Assembly: GCA_964016885.1 (NCBI GenBank)
Contig: OZ024740.1
Span: 245,334,001 to 245,398,000, forward strand
DNA from: Eledone cirrhosa
Lineage: Eukaryota
DNA: 64,000 nucleotides
Reading direction: 5' to 3'
The translations under genes were made by a program, and so were the position numbers. The notes below the pieces were generated by a model. The model was not told the origin of the DNA and did not search any database. It saw only the letters and a list, made by a program, of their open reading frames with translations. Below, piece by piece: positions 13,633-27,285 of this stretch; the first letter of the stretch is position 1; every line of letters starts with the position of its first letter.

Positions 13633-14380
13633 ACTAAAAATGCAGCCGGGATGTTAGTCTTTAACATCCCGGCTGCATTTTTAGTCTTTAACATCCCGGC
13701 TGCATTTTTCAGCGCATTGGACGATTCGTTCCCACCCCAACACAGGTACGACAAGATATTTAATCGTCACAAGGTGAAGTTCTCGTACTCAACAATACCC
13801 AACCCGGAACAAATAATAGCCTCTGTAAATACACACAAAAATAATAATAATAAGGACCTCAACCAACTGACACAACAAACGCCACAGGGCAATCTGTCGC
13901 CTACAGCCCAAACAACAACACAACTGAACGGCGGGTCGAACGCCTCACCGCGTTCTTCCTTAGAGGCTACCACCAACACCAACCGCCGACATAACACCAA
14001 AACATGCAACTGTCGAGACAGAAACCAGTGCCCCCTAGAAATAATTGTCCGGCCAAAAAGGTAATATACATGGGTGAGGGCCAAACCCATAATTCCAGGC
14101 CCGTTACTACAACCACAAGAACACCTTCAATGATAGGAGTAAGCGATCGTGCACCAGACTGCGGACTTTGAATGGAGACTCAAAGACTCGCAAACCGGGT
14201 TTAGTTTATACTAGAGTTTGGTTAAACATGCAACACCTCAGTCTCCGGTCCAGAGGAAGTGTCGGCTTTGTGTTGCTGAAGTCGTGGAGATCACCAAATT
14301 AAAAAAAAACAGTGAACCTGGGTTCGATAAGACCGTCTTCTTCGGAAACATTGTTTCCGAAAAATACGGTCTTATCGAAC
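13633..14380 (+). mobile_element. 5'-truncated Naiad-type PLE fragment (linker + GIY-YIG) abutting the Helitron
   Basis: FPPQHRYDKIFNRHKVKFSYS and CNCRDRNQCPL parallel the 41339-42150 element; short hairpins at both ends. Confidence 0.7.
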
Positions 14381-14894
14381 CTATATATAAGGTCTGATAG
14401 TTTACAGTTATATAACTGCTATAGATCAGACAATATGTCAATATCATCAACCCTCCGAAACGATTGTAAAACAATCATATCAATAGGTAAAATAACTTGA
14501 CTTTGTTGTTTTTATTTTCATTGTTAATTTGATACCTAATATATATATATACCGATACATTAACGGAGCTATAGACTCTCGCCGTTCCCTGTACATATTG
14601 TATTTTAAAGTGCTCAGGATTTCTTCTCCTTTGAGCACATTATTTACAGGGAACGGCGAGAGTCTATGGCTCCGTTAATGTATCGTGATATTTCGTTCCT
14701 TATAACAGTCTTTCCTCTCTCTGTGTTTGGTTGAGCACACTTCTCTGAGTGGTTTTGGGCTGCCCTTTCTAGCAGCTCGTCCCTCAGAGGCCACTGGTTC
14801 ACTGCCCTTAAACACGCTGTGACTTCTCTCTCCCACGTGTAGTTAGACGGTCGCTTTAAAAATTCTCTTAGTGTTGTCTGAAATGTATAGCCTT

Positions 14895-14976
14895 ACACAC
14901 GCTGATGAACCTGGGTTATTTCATTTCTGTCAACAACGTACTGGCGAAACAGATCACTTTGTATTTGTACGTGTGT
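14895..14976 (+). ncRNA. Type I hammerhead ribozyme with full stem III
   Basis: acacacg CTGATGA ... GAAA cagat..atttg TA cgtgtgt. Perfect 7-bp stem I; stem II imperfect. Confidence 0.65.
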
Positions 14977-15141
14977 TATATAGTTATAGAGGTATTTATT
15001 TACGCTTTAATTTATATTTTTAATTATCGTGTCTATATTCTGCCTTTCATAGGTTATAGATTCCATACACTGGTGGTTTTTCCCTGTTTTATTGATGGCG
15101 CATGGTATCTCTCTCTAGTGTGTTACCTTTTCAACATATTG

Positions 15142-15203
<62 letters not shown>

Positions 15204-15914
15204 ATTGGTGCTCTGAAATAGCGATGTATACATGAATGTATGTATAGTATATTTGGCAATATACCGTATGTTTAATTAAAAACATTTTGAAGACCTTGCG
15301 TTATCATTTTTAAAGTAGTGACTATGTCATTTACTTCTTTTTTTCCGGCATAACATTCATGTATACATCGCTATTTCAGAGCACCAATCCTACTACCTAA
15401 TTTTTGCTGGACCGGCAATCGCTCTGTATAATCAGCTCCTGATTATTACTGGAATTCTATAAGAATCCAGCTTCTATGATTTTCGGCAAAAGCGATGATC
15501 ACCAACAGTTTGAAACAGACTCTGTTAGCCTCTCTCCCTTCTTTTGCCGAAAAAAAAAGAAATAAGTTTTTTTTCCCTTTTCCCGTTTCGCACCTTTCCG
15601 ACAGACAACCTCCCTACCCACCCCCACCCACCCCGGAAAAAAAACCCCAGTTGATGGATGTTAATCCGAAATATATAGGGACAATTAAATCTCTGCCAAG
15701 GTAACTCTACCTCGTGTTGTTATTTTTATCTTTATCCTTTACGCTCTTTCCTACATTCTTCTACACGCTACAGTCTTCTACACGCCACGCATCTCAACGT
15801 GCACCTACTTACATCTCTCTCTCCACCACCGGATCTTGTTACCCGGAGATTTACCCATCTGCATTGTCGAGGCTTCCAAACGACTTAAAGAAATTTACCA
15901 TATATATATATATA

Positions 15915-16920
15915 AACGGAAAAAATGAAACGAAATTTCATTTCTCACTCTTAGAACGGCTGTTACTTAAATATAAGTATGTATACGTACATACATATAT
16001 GTATACAGATGTACAGTAGTATGTATATATATGTGTGCATGTATGTATATATATATATATATATACATACATGCACACATATATATATGTACGTATGGAT
16101 TCACCGAACAGTTATTATAATGCTCGGTGTGTTTGTAAACAAACATCCCGAATTAAGCCGTACAGTGTCTAGCAACCATCGTTGCTCATTTGTTCAACAC
16201 TGACAAAGGAACGCTGTACTAGTTTCAAGCGTATTAGCTATCGCCAGCAACGTATACCTTCCTGCCAGATGATTGAACGTTTAAAAGTATATACTTTCCT
16301 TATGCATATTAACGGCTGAGCAGCCTAATTTGCATATCGAGTTAGTTAATCGGCCGGGGTACCGAAAACGATAGACGGAATAAATGTTCGGTGAATCCAT
16401 ACGTACATATATATATGTGTGCATGTATGTATATATATATACATACTACTGTACATCTGTATACATATATGTATGTACGTATACATACTTATATTTAAGT
16501 AACAGCCGTACTAAGAGTAAGAAATGAAATTTCCTTTCATTTTTTCCGTTTATCGTTTTCGGTACCCCGGCCGATTAACTCACCCGATATGCAAATTAGG
16601 CTTCTCAGCCGTTAATATGCATAAGGAAAGTATATACTTTCCGACGTTCAATCATCTGGCAGGAAGGTATATGTTGCTGACGATAGCTAATAAGCTTGAA
16701 ACTAGTACAGCGTTCCTTTGTCAGTGTTGAACAAATTAGCAACGATGGTTGCTAGACACTACGGCTTAATACGGGATGTTTGTTTACAAACACACCGAGC
16801 ATTATAATAAATGTTCGGTGAATCCATACGTACATATATATATGTGTGCATGTATGTATATATATATATACATACTACTGTACATCTGTATACATATATG
16901 TATGTACGTAGACATACTTA
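15915..16920. mobile_element. Fold-back pair of HHR retrozyme-like units (family B) in (TA)n
   Basis: A minus-sense monomer (15915-16381) is joined to a plus-sense run of about 1.25 units (16382-16920); aaatgttcggtg recurs at 16382 and 16809. Confidence 0.75.
16671..16713 (+). ncRNA. Minimal type I hammerhead ribozyme
   Basis: atgttg CTGACGA tagctaataagctt GAAA ctag TA cagcgt. The inverted copy at 16211-16253 has a mutated core, CTGGCGA. Confidence 0.75.
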
Positions 16921-16993
<73 letters not shown>

Positions 16994-17245
16994 TTGCGAG
17001 GTTTTTTATATGAAATCGTGTGTCGAAACAGATATTGTTATATTTGGGGAGGGTCATATTTGCGTAATATTGCCAGAATTAATAACAGAACACACTCACT
17101 GTTTGGTTGGTTTTCGCTTCTCGCTGTCTTTTATATATATATATCTGCGATCTAACTTACTCGGTCCTCAATGTTGCCATTGACTGACCGGCGGTCAAAA
17201 ATAATACAGATACAATATAGACAAACACATATATATATATAGTTT

Positions 17246-17288
17246 ACATAAATCTTTCGTTGCACATCTGCAACATCGTCAGTGGTGT
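17246..17288 (-). ncRNA. Hammerhead candidate in PLE 3' region
   Basis: CTGACGA t-gttgca gatg tgcaac GAAA gatt TA; stem I weak. Confidence 0.5.
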
Positions 17289-17558
17289 TATATTCATTGT
17301 TCCTCCTGTTGTGTTGTATGTCTACGCCATTTTTTTTGTTCAGTCTGTCTATATATTTATTTATTTATTTATTTGCTTGTTTGTTTATCTTATTTTATTT
17401 TGTCTTCTTTGCGCATGCGTTTGCGTGTGTGTATAGTGTTATGTGTGATGTGTGACTAGTGTGTATAGTGTTGTGTCTGCTGGGTGACTAGTGTGTGTTT
17501 ATGTGCTTGTGTATGTATTTATTTATCTTATTTTATTTTATTTAATTTACTTATTTAT

Positions 17559-18725
17559 TTATACTTCTCTTAGGTCAGTGTTTGTTTGGGTGTTGTTGTT
17601 GTTCCACTCATTCTTTCTGTTTAGCTTTGGTCTTCTAATTTCTATTTCACTGGCCTCTCTGATTTGCCTATCTGCTGGGTCATTCCTATGTTTAGATATT
17701 ATTCTAATTTCTATGTTGTCTATGTTACCGTCATGATGTTGTCTAGCATGTTCGTATAGTACTGACCCGTTTTTTCGTCCTTTTAGTTCCCCCCAGTGTT
17801 GGTCTATCCTTTCACCTATGCTACGAGCTGTCTCACCTATGTATGTTGTTGTCGTGTTTCTGCAAGTACCCTCTGTACATCTTATGCTATAGACTACGTT
17901 TCTAGTTTTACAGTTTATCCGGGGGTTCACCTTACATATGATACATTTCCTATTGGTACAGTGGGTTTTCTTAAAAGGGTAGGTTTTGCTGATCAGGGAT
18001 TTTATGGTGGTTCCTGGCTTTTCTACCACCTTTATTTTTAAGTGGGTCTTTCTCAGGGCCTTTCTACACTGGTTAGCTAATTTCCCTCCAGGGGTGGCGT
18101 CCACAAACATGACACTCTGATATCTCTGGTTGTCGTACCATGATGTGGCCTTCCCTATCTTATGTCTAGCCCTATCTAAGCTATTCCATGATTTGCTCCT
18201 GTATAGTGGGCAAATTCCTTTCATGTCCAGTTCTATGAGGGTCTTATACTTTTCCATGGCTCCTTCGTATACTCTGACTCTGTCTCTTTGGTTGTAGCCA
18301 GAGAACTGCATGCGGTTGATGAAGTGTTGGATGTGTCCTTCCATTTCTGTTGGGTCGCACATGCTGGACACATTCTTCATCACTCGTACCAAATCTGCGA
18401 TCAGAATATTAAACTTAGCACTACTGGACATTGCTGAGTTTTTGAGTATCAGGTATTTGGAGGCCATGGGTTTAGCATAGTGTGAGTGGAGAATTTGGGC
18501 TCTCTCGTCTATAGTGTTAATCCAGAGTTCTGTGTCTAATACAGGTAGTCTATTGTTAGGGTGTTTGGAAGGGAAGTCTATAGTTACAGTTATACTCTGG
18601 TGTATGGAATTAGCTATCTGCTGGATGCTTTCCATCGTGCTACGTTCTAAATCAAACTTGTTAGTGCTCTCTAGTGGGGGTGTTCTTATAACTATATTGA
18701 TATCGTCTACATAACGAGAGTACAT
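17559..18725 (-). CDS. Penelope-like element protein, 5'-truncated: RT C-terminus + Zn linker + GIY-YIG endonuclease
   Basis: Open 388 aa with RYVDD, LPVLD, Cys cluster, VVY...YIGETARSIGERIDQH and E...LN. Motifs differ from the Naiad-type copies. Confidence 0.9.
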   Translation of the reverse strand: MYSRYVDDINIVIRTPPLESTNKFDLERSTMESIQQIANSIHQSITVTIDFPSKHPNNRLPVLDTELWINTIDERAQILHSHYAKPMASKYLILKNSAMSSSAKFNILIADLVRVMKNVSSMCDPTEMEGHIQHFINRMQFSGYNQRDRVRVYEGAMEKYKTLIELDMKGICPLYRSKSWNSLDRARHKIGKATSWYDNQRYQSVMFVDATPGGKLANQCRKALRKTHLKIKVVEKPGTTIKSLISKTYPFKKTHCTNRKCIICKVNPRINCKTRNVVYSIRCTEGTCRNTTTTYIGETARSIGERIDQHWGELKGRKNGSVLYEHARQHHDGNIDNIEIRIISKHRNDPADRQIREASEIEIRRPKLNRKNEWNNNNTQTNTDLREV

Positions 18726-18967
18726 GATGAGGTCTAAATCCGCTTCTTAAAACACTGTGTTTCCTCCAAAACATACACAACAAACATATCAAAACAAGTA
18801 AATAATTTATTATTGAACAAAACACAAGCTGAACGGCTAAAACACACAATAACAGTTAATATGAAAAGAACAACATACACAAAAGTCAACGCTAACTAAT
18901 CAGTATTTCGTGGATAGCTGGTTGTATTATTTTATATGAGACATAATTAAATAAATATCTCTTTCCT

Positions 18968-19091
18968 TCCAGACGATCGTTTCGTTATAAGATTTCTACA
19001 ATTTGGGATAAATAATGTCCAGGTTATGTAGAAACTTGTATATAATCCATAGTTTTATACACAAGCGGGCTCTTATAAACTCATCAGTGGA
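18968..19091 (-). ncRNA. Type I hammerhead ribozyme with extended stem II
   Basis: tcca CTGATGA gtttataaga ... tcttataac GAAA cgatcg TC tgga; palindromic stem III (acgatcgt). Confidence 0.7.
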
Positions 19092-19244
19092 TGCCCAAAT
19101 AATACCGACATAAAAATTACATCGACATTAATAGAATGGTGATTGTCACCTTCAGCGCTAAGAAGAGACTGGTAGATTCGAAAATCCAGCAGTCCTCTCA
19201 AAGATAAAATACACGCTGCCCCCAAGAGGGTAAGGGGAGGTCAT

Positions 19245-19309
<65 letters not shown>

Positions 19310-19375
19310 ACACCTCGGGGTTTTTTTTCATTTTGTAAAAAAAACTCACTTTCTAATATATATATATTCCGTTTA

Positions 19376-19436
<61 letters not shown>

Positions 19437-22400
19437 GTGAGGTTTTTTACAAAATGAAAAAAAAAAACGAGGTGTCCTACACGAGTGAAAGTATAAGGAT
19501 AAAAGATGAAATCGAAAATGCAACTGGAGTCTTTTTTTTTAAATATATATTTATTTGGTTCCTTTACCGGTTTCGCAGTTCTTCTGCTTTTCAAAAGTAG
19601 AATTGAGATGGAGGGTTTGTGATTTTTCTCACAGATGTTATCGGTATTTCTGACCACTCATGGCCGTTGATTTTTCTGGTTCCATTCATATGTCACCTGT
19701 CAATCAAAGTTGTTCCTTTTAGCGGAATTACTGCTGTAGGAGGTAAGTGGTTGTCTCGGCCTGTAGACACCCACACACGTATCCATGTTCCGCTAAGGCG
19801 TGATACATATGGGCACGTATACACACCCACAACTGTGCTATATACGAAAATCACAGTAAATATTAAATGTGCAGCGAATACTTAGAAATAATTTTTTTTA
19901 AATGGAAAAACATTTTTAAAAAACGTTTCAAAAAAACACCATCAAAATACATTAAAAACACATTTCAAAAAAACACTTTAAAAAAACATTCTAAAAAACG
20001 CTTGAAAGAGACTCTCAAAAAATGATTTCAAAAGTATTTCTAATAAATATACATACATATATATATATACGCACACACTGTACTCAGGAAAGCATATATA
20101 CTTAAGACACATATACTTGAAACAATACATATGGATGCACATATATACAGATGAAAAAAGGGAAAAATCTACACATACATATGCATACATTAACACAGAC
20201 ATGTACATATATATACATACACATACACATGCGTACACATGCATACATATATGTATGCATACACATACATACATGTACCAACGCATACGCATGCACATGG
20301 ACATGCTTGTACATCTCAAAAAGCACATACTTGATGAATACCTACATATCCACACACACACGCAACTGTGCACAGGACGCATAAAATATTATATGAAAAA
20401 ACATTCGTGAGGCGTGGAACTCAATACATTCATGAGGCTATATATGCCCGAAATTGCATGCAAATATGCATAAATGCAAGAATTACGTAGCAGCCACGTA
20501 CTAATGACAGATAACAGGGGGGCGGGTACATATATGAATGCGTGTACGTACATAAAATAAAATAAAACACTTGAAAAAGAATGTATAGGTGAGAAAGATG
20601 CAGAGAAGGTATCTGTTCAAGCCACCAGGACATTATTGGGATGTGCATAAAGTTGCATAAAATACTTAAAGACTGTGATGCATAGGGTTATATAAGATAC
20701 AGAAGGAGTGATGATCCAAGGGACTGGGTAAGAACCTGCACATCAACCATGCGCATGAGACAGGTTTCATGACAGGTGGACACGGGGACTGTCTAGGTAT
20801 ACACAAACAAGTTATATATATCGGGAATGTGTAGAATATCCTTTTCATAACAGTATATATGAAACGTACATGGAATGGATGCGTAAAAGAAATATAACGG
20901 GAATGTGTAGAATATGCCTATCATAACGGTATATATGAAATGTATGATGAAATATATGGAGAATAGAAATGGCTGTGTAGTTGCTATTTAAGGTAACTTA
21001 AAATGCAGTGGGAATACGAAGAAAGCAAAAACAGGGGGGGGGGGGGAGTATTCTCTATATATTTCATCATGTTTTTCGCTGTGGCCATTCTTCTCTCCTC
21101 CTTCTACCTATTTCGTCACTTTCTACTCTCTCCCCTCTTTCTTCCCCTCACTTTCTCCCTATCTACTCTTACCCCACTTTCTTCCTCTCCCTTTCTCCCT
21201 CTCACTTTCACCCCACGTCTGACCGTTTAGCAGTTATCTTCTCACTTACAACTGCGGCGATCGGACGTGTGTCTTCTTTCTCTCGATTACTCGGTCTTGA
21301 ACTTAAGTTCTATTATCGAGTGGTCTTGGATTTCCTACCTATAGTTGCTCGCACATTGCTCGGTTTGTGGGGTTTTTTTCGCGGTTTTGTTGTTGTTTCT
21401 CTTTTCTTCCCCTTTGCTTTCCTTCCCTCCTTCCTTCGTTTTCGCAATAACTTATCCAGTTATTTACGCCCTGGGGTGAAGTGGTATCTTGTCTTTAAAG
21501 CGTAGAAATATCCTAGACCCCCTGTAGACAACTGATGAGGAAAACTCCCCCCTCCCCACCCGCCCTTTCTTGCTTTATATGAAATGTACATGGAATGGAT
21601 ACATATATGCATTTGTAAGTAATAGTTTGAATTGTGCGAAAATGCGGATGTAACTCAATATTTTACAAAGAAAAAAACACCTGTTTGACAGCTCAACCTG
21701 TAAAATAATTCTATTTTCTAAGAAGTCTGGCTTCATGAATTATCAAAAGGCACACCTCATACACTTGAAGAAGACACAAACTAAAACATCTGACTTGCTA
21801 TTAATGCTAGACTTCTGTAATTATCTATTTAGAAAACTCACATAAAATATAACTGCCAAAACTCTATCCCAAAGACTATGTTTCCTTTCAGTGTTTATAG
21901 CAGAACGTCTAGGAAACTCAAATGTGACTCTGTTCTTCTCGCGTATATGTCAGATTTATTAAAACGTACGAACTTTGTTTCGGTTCGGTTTTCTACCCTC
22001 TGGGTTCAAATCAAACACTCAAATGATACACATATATAATTATTTTCCGAATAGAGATTTTAAGTACGAAAGTTAGTCGTTTTAGAAGCTTGGATTTCTA
22101 AGTATGTGTCCTGTTTCATGTTCAGCCAAGTATAACACACCGTCACAAATGTTAAACATTCATTCATAGGAATTCTTGGCCTCCACCTTCCCTTTTTTCT
22201 CAGAAATCCGCGTTTAACACACCTCTTTATTATTTTATTTTATCGTTCTTTTTTATATATATTTCTTATGTGGTATCATGTAATCTTCGAAAAATAGCCA
22301 AGTCATACGTTTCCATCTGATCAATCTTTGGTTCACTACATTTCTGGGTAAATCGGAAGGAAAAAAAATAGTTTTATTCAAAGTCACCGGTTGATCACAT

Positions 22401-22825
22401 TTTCGTATACATACGCACGCGCGCGCACGCACATGCACACATAAATATGCATAGATACATATATATTTGTGTGTCTGTATGCTTGTGCGTATGTACGCGT
22501 GAGCGCGTGTGTGTAGTGTTGTGAGACTTATATCTTGTTAATATGGTTGTTATATAACTAGTGAATGCTCACCAGTTATATAACTTCAGAAAATATCTGT
22601 ATTGATCTGGCCCGACTCTGAAATCAAAAGCTCGTCGGACCTCTGTTGTTTGATTCCAGAGTGGGGCTGGATAGAACGATACAGATCAAACCTTGAACTG
22701 ATCAATAGCGAAACGCGCGTCACAACTCAATAAACGTAATGAAGACGCAACAAATCGTCCTTTTTTATTATTGTCCTGTGCTTTGTGTCAACCTTTGTGG
22801 TCAATAAAGAAAGCATTATTATTAT

Positions 22826-23006
22826 GGTGGATTAGCAGTATCAGTAGAGGGTCGGACGCCATGCTTTCCAGCATAGTTACGTCCCTTTACGATCTGAGTT
22901 CAAATCCCGCCGAGGTTGACTTTGCCTTTCATCCTTACGGGGTCGATAAAATAAAGTACCAGTAATGCACTGGGTAATTGCTGGCCTTGTGCCTAAAGTA
23001 GAAACA

Positions 23007-23072
<66 letters not shown>
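22826..23072 (+). mobile_element. tRNA-derived SINE with (ATT)n tail
   Basis: B-box gagttcaaatcc; near-identical copies at 37935-38125, 51866-52052 and 52412-52602. Confidence 0.85.
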
Positions 23073-23271
23073 GAATCTCTCGAGACGGAGTAAGTTAGTT
23101 GAATTTTTATGAGTTATCGAAAGTTCTATATAGTATTTTTTACATCAGTGTGTAGTTAAAGAACTCCTCTTTCAAAGGAGGTGAATTTTTAACTCTATCT
23201 CGCGCCCTTGAGGGCTGAATTTGTATTTATTTACAATCGACACACCCCCCCCCCCCCATTTTTTTAAAAAC

Positions 23272-26200
23272 ATGGCGGACAAAAAAAATTGTCCACAGGG
23301 AGGAACAGCGGGTTGTTCGGAGGGTGGAACAGCCGATTCCATCCAATCACAAGGCAAAGTAAAAAAACAAGTGAAACAGCAGCAGCAGCGACAGTGACAG
23401 TGCTGGTGACAACAGCAGCAGCAGCCACTGGAACAGTAGCAGCAGTAGTGCAAATTACGACAAAAACTTCCCTACGTTAGAAAAATCAAACACCACCACC
23501 ACCCCAATAACAACAATAACAACAGCAACAGCCATAAAGAACCCAAGGAGCAACAACTATAACAACAGCAACACAGAAGAAAAAAGACAAACAAAAACAC
23601 CAACGACGACAACAACAACAAAGACAAAACTAGCGATGAGTCAACACAAATCAAAACAAACACGTCTTTCGCTAAAGCGACAAACAATTTTGAATAAGTA
23701 CACATCACCAATGAAGAAATAAAACAAGCAAAGGTCTTGGTTAAAAAGACCGGACACAGGGTAAGTCTCACCCGCCCAGCTGAGATAATAAGAAACAAGC
23801 TTTTGTGTTCGGTCAGTTATCGCACTATCGGAACAAAATCGCGGCGCGTCGAACGGGCCACGGAGTCACAAGTCCAAAGGGCTATGGGTGCCGTCTGAGC
23901 ACAGAAAACATACATAGCCCGAGGATCGAGATATGGCACTGTGGCTGTGCTCTTCGCTACACCAGAAGAAGCCAGAGCACACTCCATTGCGCCACTCCGC
24001 AGTGACGAAATCATAATGATGCCCACATACTGCAGCCAGAGAGTCGTGAGGGTTAGAGTATCCCAGGTTCCGCCTTCAGTGGAGATGGCGTGGTTGACGG
24101 CGGCCGTCCTCGCTGACGTTGAGGATTCAACAACTATCCTCGACGTCATGTGAATAAGACAGGAAAATTGGACAGGGTCGGGGATGGAGCTAATCATCCA
24201 AGCAAACCACGAGAGCATTGAAGTCATCCCCAATGTAATAGACCTGGACGACGACAGCCATCTACCCGTGACTGTCGAAGGTAGGCGCCCAAGGTGTAAT
24301 GGATGCGGTGACATGACGCACCTTAAGGCATTCTGCGCCAAACTCACCAAAACGGGCACGCGCCCACCCCTTCTCCCCACGCCGTGCCCCGCAACTGGAG
24401 CAGACAAACAAAGAAAGAACACAGTGGCAGAAGAGAAATCACCATCCCCAACAACAAAAACACCATCTCTTCCACCACCAACAGAACCAATGGAAAGCAT
24501 GCCCCTTCCTGATATAGCTAAATCGGACAAGGAGTGCGATGAGGTCGAAGAATGGAGAACTATCCCAACAAAAAAAGGAAAAACTCCCTACCTTCGTCCT
24601 AAAAAAAAAGAGGAAGAAAGACCCCCCCCCCAAAAAAAAAAAGAAAATGAAAACTACCCCACCTCCTCCACCACCATCAACAGCCACACATCCACAACCA
24701 CCTACACCATCACCGCCAACACCACCAGCATCACCGCCACCACCACCACCACCACCACCCTTACCATCTACCCCATCGTCACCTCCAACAACACGACAGC
24801 AAACACAAAAAGCACCAACACCCAAACAGCAGACACAATACACAGCCATAGACGCAGACAACACAAAGCTTTTAAATTACATTCAACACCACACCAACAT
24901 CACAGAAACAAACTATGTACACACCACCAAAATTGCACCTCCTATCCGAGCCAACATGGCTTCTCTCAGAATAGGTAGCATAAATGTACGTGGCCTGGGG
25001 TCGTCATTGAAGCAGCGCCACCTGCTGAACGATCTCAGGTCACTAAACATAGATGTGGTGGCCATCAGTGAGACCAGAATCTCCGAGGCACGGGCATTCA
25101 TACCCATTTTCGGCGGCTACGAGGTGTACACATCTCCAAGCCGTCCAGGATCTGGGGGGTCGGGGTGGCCGTGTTGTTCCGGAGAGGTTTGAATCTCGGG
25201 ATACGGGCCGTCTTCTTGGACCCAGAAGGTAAGTTGGTGGTGCTGGACGTAACCAGCGGAGAAGGACAAGCTTTCAGGCTAGTGGCCGTCTATGCCCCAA
25301 CAGGAGCAGGACGACCTGAATTCTTCCGGCGTCTGGAGACCTTTCTTGGAACGTCCCGCTCCTTAGTGTTAGTGGGCGACTGGAACGGGATCTTAGATGC
25401 ACGCTGGGATTGTGTGGGATTAGCGGATGGGTGAGGAGGATGTAAAAGCCTCACAAACTTCCATCAGACGTTTTCAACTGTCTGACAGGTACCGATTGGA
25501 TTTCCCGAATGTGCCAATGTGGACTTGGACAAACCGCATAGGGTCATCCAGATTATATCTAGATAGGGTATTTTGTAGGGAAATAGAAAGGTCTAGCATA
25601 GGCTGTCCACAGTTCAAGATATTCAGCTACACGGACCACAAATTCGTGGTTTGTGTGGTTGACTTAGATAGGCTTCATAGACAGGGACCCGACTACTGGA
25701 AACTAAACGCGTCGTTATCAGCGCACAAAGCTTACAGAGACCAGATTAGCGAATTAATTAAGCGAACGTTGTCAGGGGCCATCGTCAACAACAAATGGTG
25801 GTTTGCCCTGAAAAGTGCGATTAGAATAGAGTCCATTAGGTTAAGTAAAGCGTTAGTAACAGAGAAAAATAGAGCAGAAGGAAATCTAGTTAGCAAATTA
25901 GACGAGGCGCTTAGTAATGGCATCGCGACCGACGTGCTTGCGGCGAAATTGGCTCTCGATCAATTTTTCAACGCTAAGCACGAAGGCTGCATTGTCAGAG
26001 CTAGGGTGCGTGCTCTCAGACACGAGGGGACGAAAGCCGTTCAATGGGCCCGGGTGGCGGAGACGCGTCGTGGCAACAAAGCCACGATCCGGACTTTGGC
26101 GAACCACGACGGGCGCATGATACTCGATACCGGGCAGATGTGTGCGGCTTTTCAGCAGGACTTTGCTCAGCTGTTCGGGGGCAGTGGCGGGCCGCATCAG

Positions 26201-27285
26201 TGCCTACCTCTACAGACTACCGCGGCTCTCGGCCACTGAGGCGGAGTGTTGCGAAAGGCCGATAACAGCTGCTGAAGTACGGGAGGAAATGACTAGCTGC
26301 ACATTGGGTAAATCGCCTGGTTTGGATGGTCTGCCCTACGAATTTTACATACATATGCCAAACTTGTTCGGAGGCCTCTTGGCGGACGTCTACTGCAACT
26401 GGCAGCAGCGGTGGCGCTGCTGAGAAAGGATCCGAACAAGGGGGATAACATAGAAAATTTCAGGCCCATAACTCTGCTAAACACAGACTTCAAGATTTTG
26501 GCTAAGGTACTAGCAAAGAGGTTGGCGCTTGTCGTTAGTGGTCTGATGGGAGAGGCGCAAACATGCGCCATTCCAGACAGATCCATCCACGACAACCTCC
26601 ACCTCATGCGATGCATCGTAGAGAGGGTAGCTAGGGAACCTGGCATGGGTGGGTCTTTGATCAATTTAGATCAGTCGAAAGCTTTCGATAGGGTCGACCA
26701 TCGTTATCTGGCGGCAGTCCTAAGAGCAGCTGGCTTTGGGCCCGTCTTCAGAGGCTGGATTGCTGCTATGCACAGCGCCATCTGCTCTGTGGTGAGAGTG
26801 AACGGTCACCTTTCGGAACCGTTCAACATCATGCGCTCGATCCTTGCTGAGTCGTTGAGGAGGATCCCACGCGAACTATGATGCGGAAGGACCGTGTCAG
26901 CATATACAGACGACGTCACCGCAGTGGTCTCGAACACCAAACACATCGAGGCGATCCGCACCACACTAAGAGAATACGAGGTAGTGACAGGAGCAATGAT
27001 CAACCAGGTAAAATCAGTAGGCCTGCAACTCGGCACCTGGATAGGCAGGTCCATGCCGTCCAACAGCGTCGTCGGGCGATGGATGAACGGGCGGTTAAAT
27101 TGCTAGGGGTCTGGTTCGGTCCGGACCTCCAGACGGACAAAAACTGAGAGGAGCTCACGAGCAAGGTGGCTTCTCTCACTCAAAAATGGGCCGAGAGGAA
27201 GCTATCCCTGAAAGGTCGAGCGGAGGTGGTGAATGCGTGCATCGCGTCCGTCATCTACTACGGCCTGACCGTCGTACCTTGTCCT
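23272..27285 (+). mobile_element. Tx1/L1-clade non-LTR retrotransposon, frameshifted and 3'-truncated
   Basis: ORF1 has a CCHC knuckle (CNGCGDMTHLKAFC). ORF2 from 24956 has an APE domain (SINVRGL, ISET, GDWNG, YTDH) and RT motifs (KSPGLDG, FRPITLLNTDFK, DQSKAFDRV, YTDD). The QGCPLSP motif is deleted. Confidence 0.9.

Noticed and set aside
21532-21550. CTGATGAggaaaactc HHR start
   Set aside because: No downstream GAAA or stem III; truncated at best.
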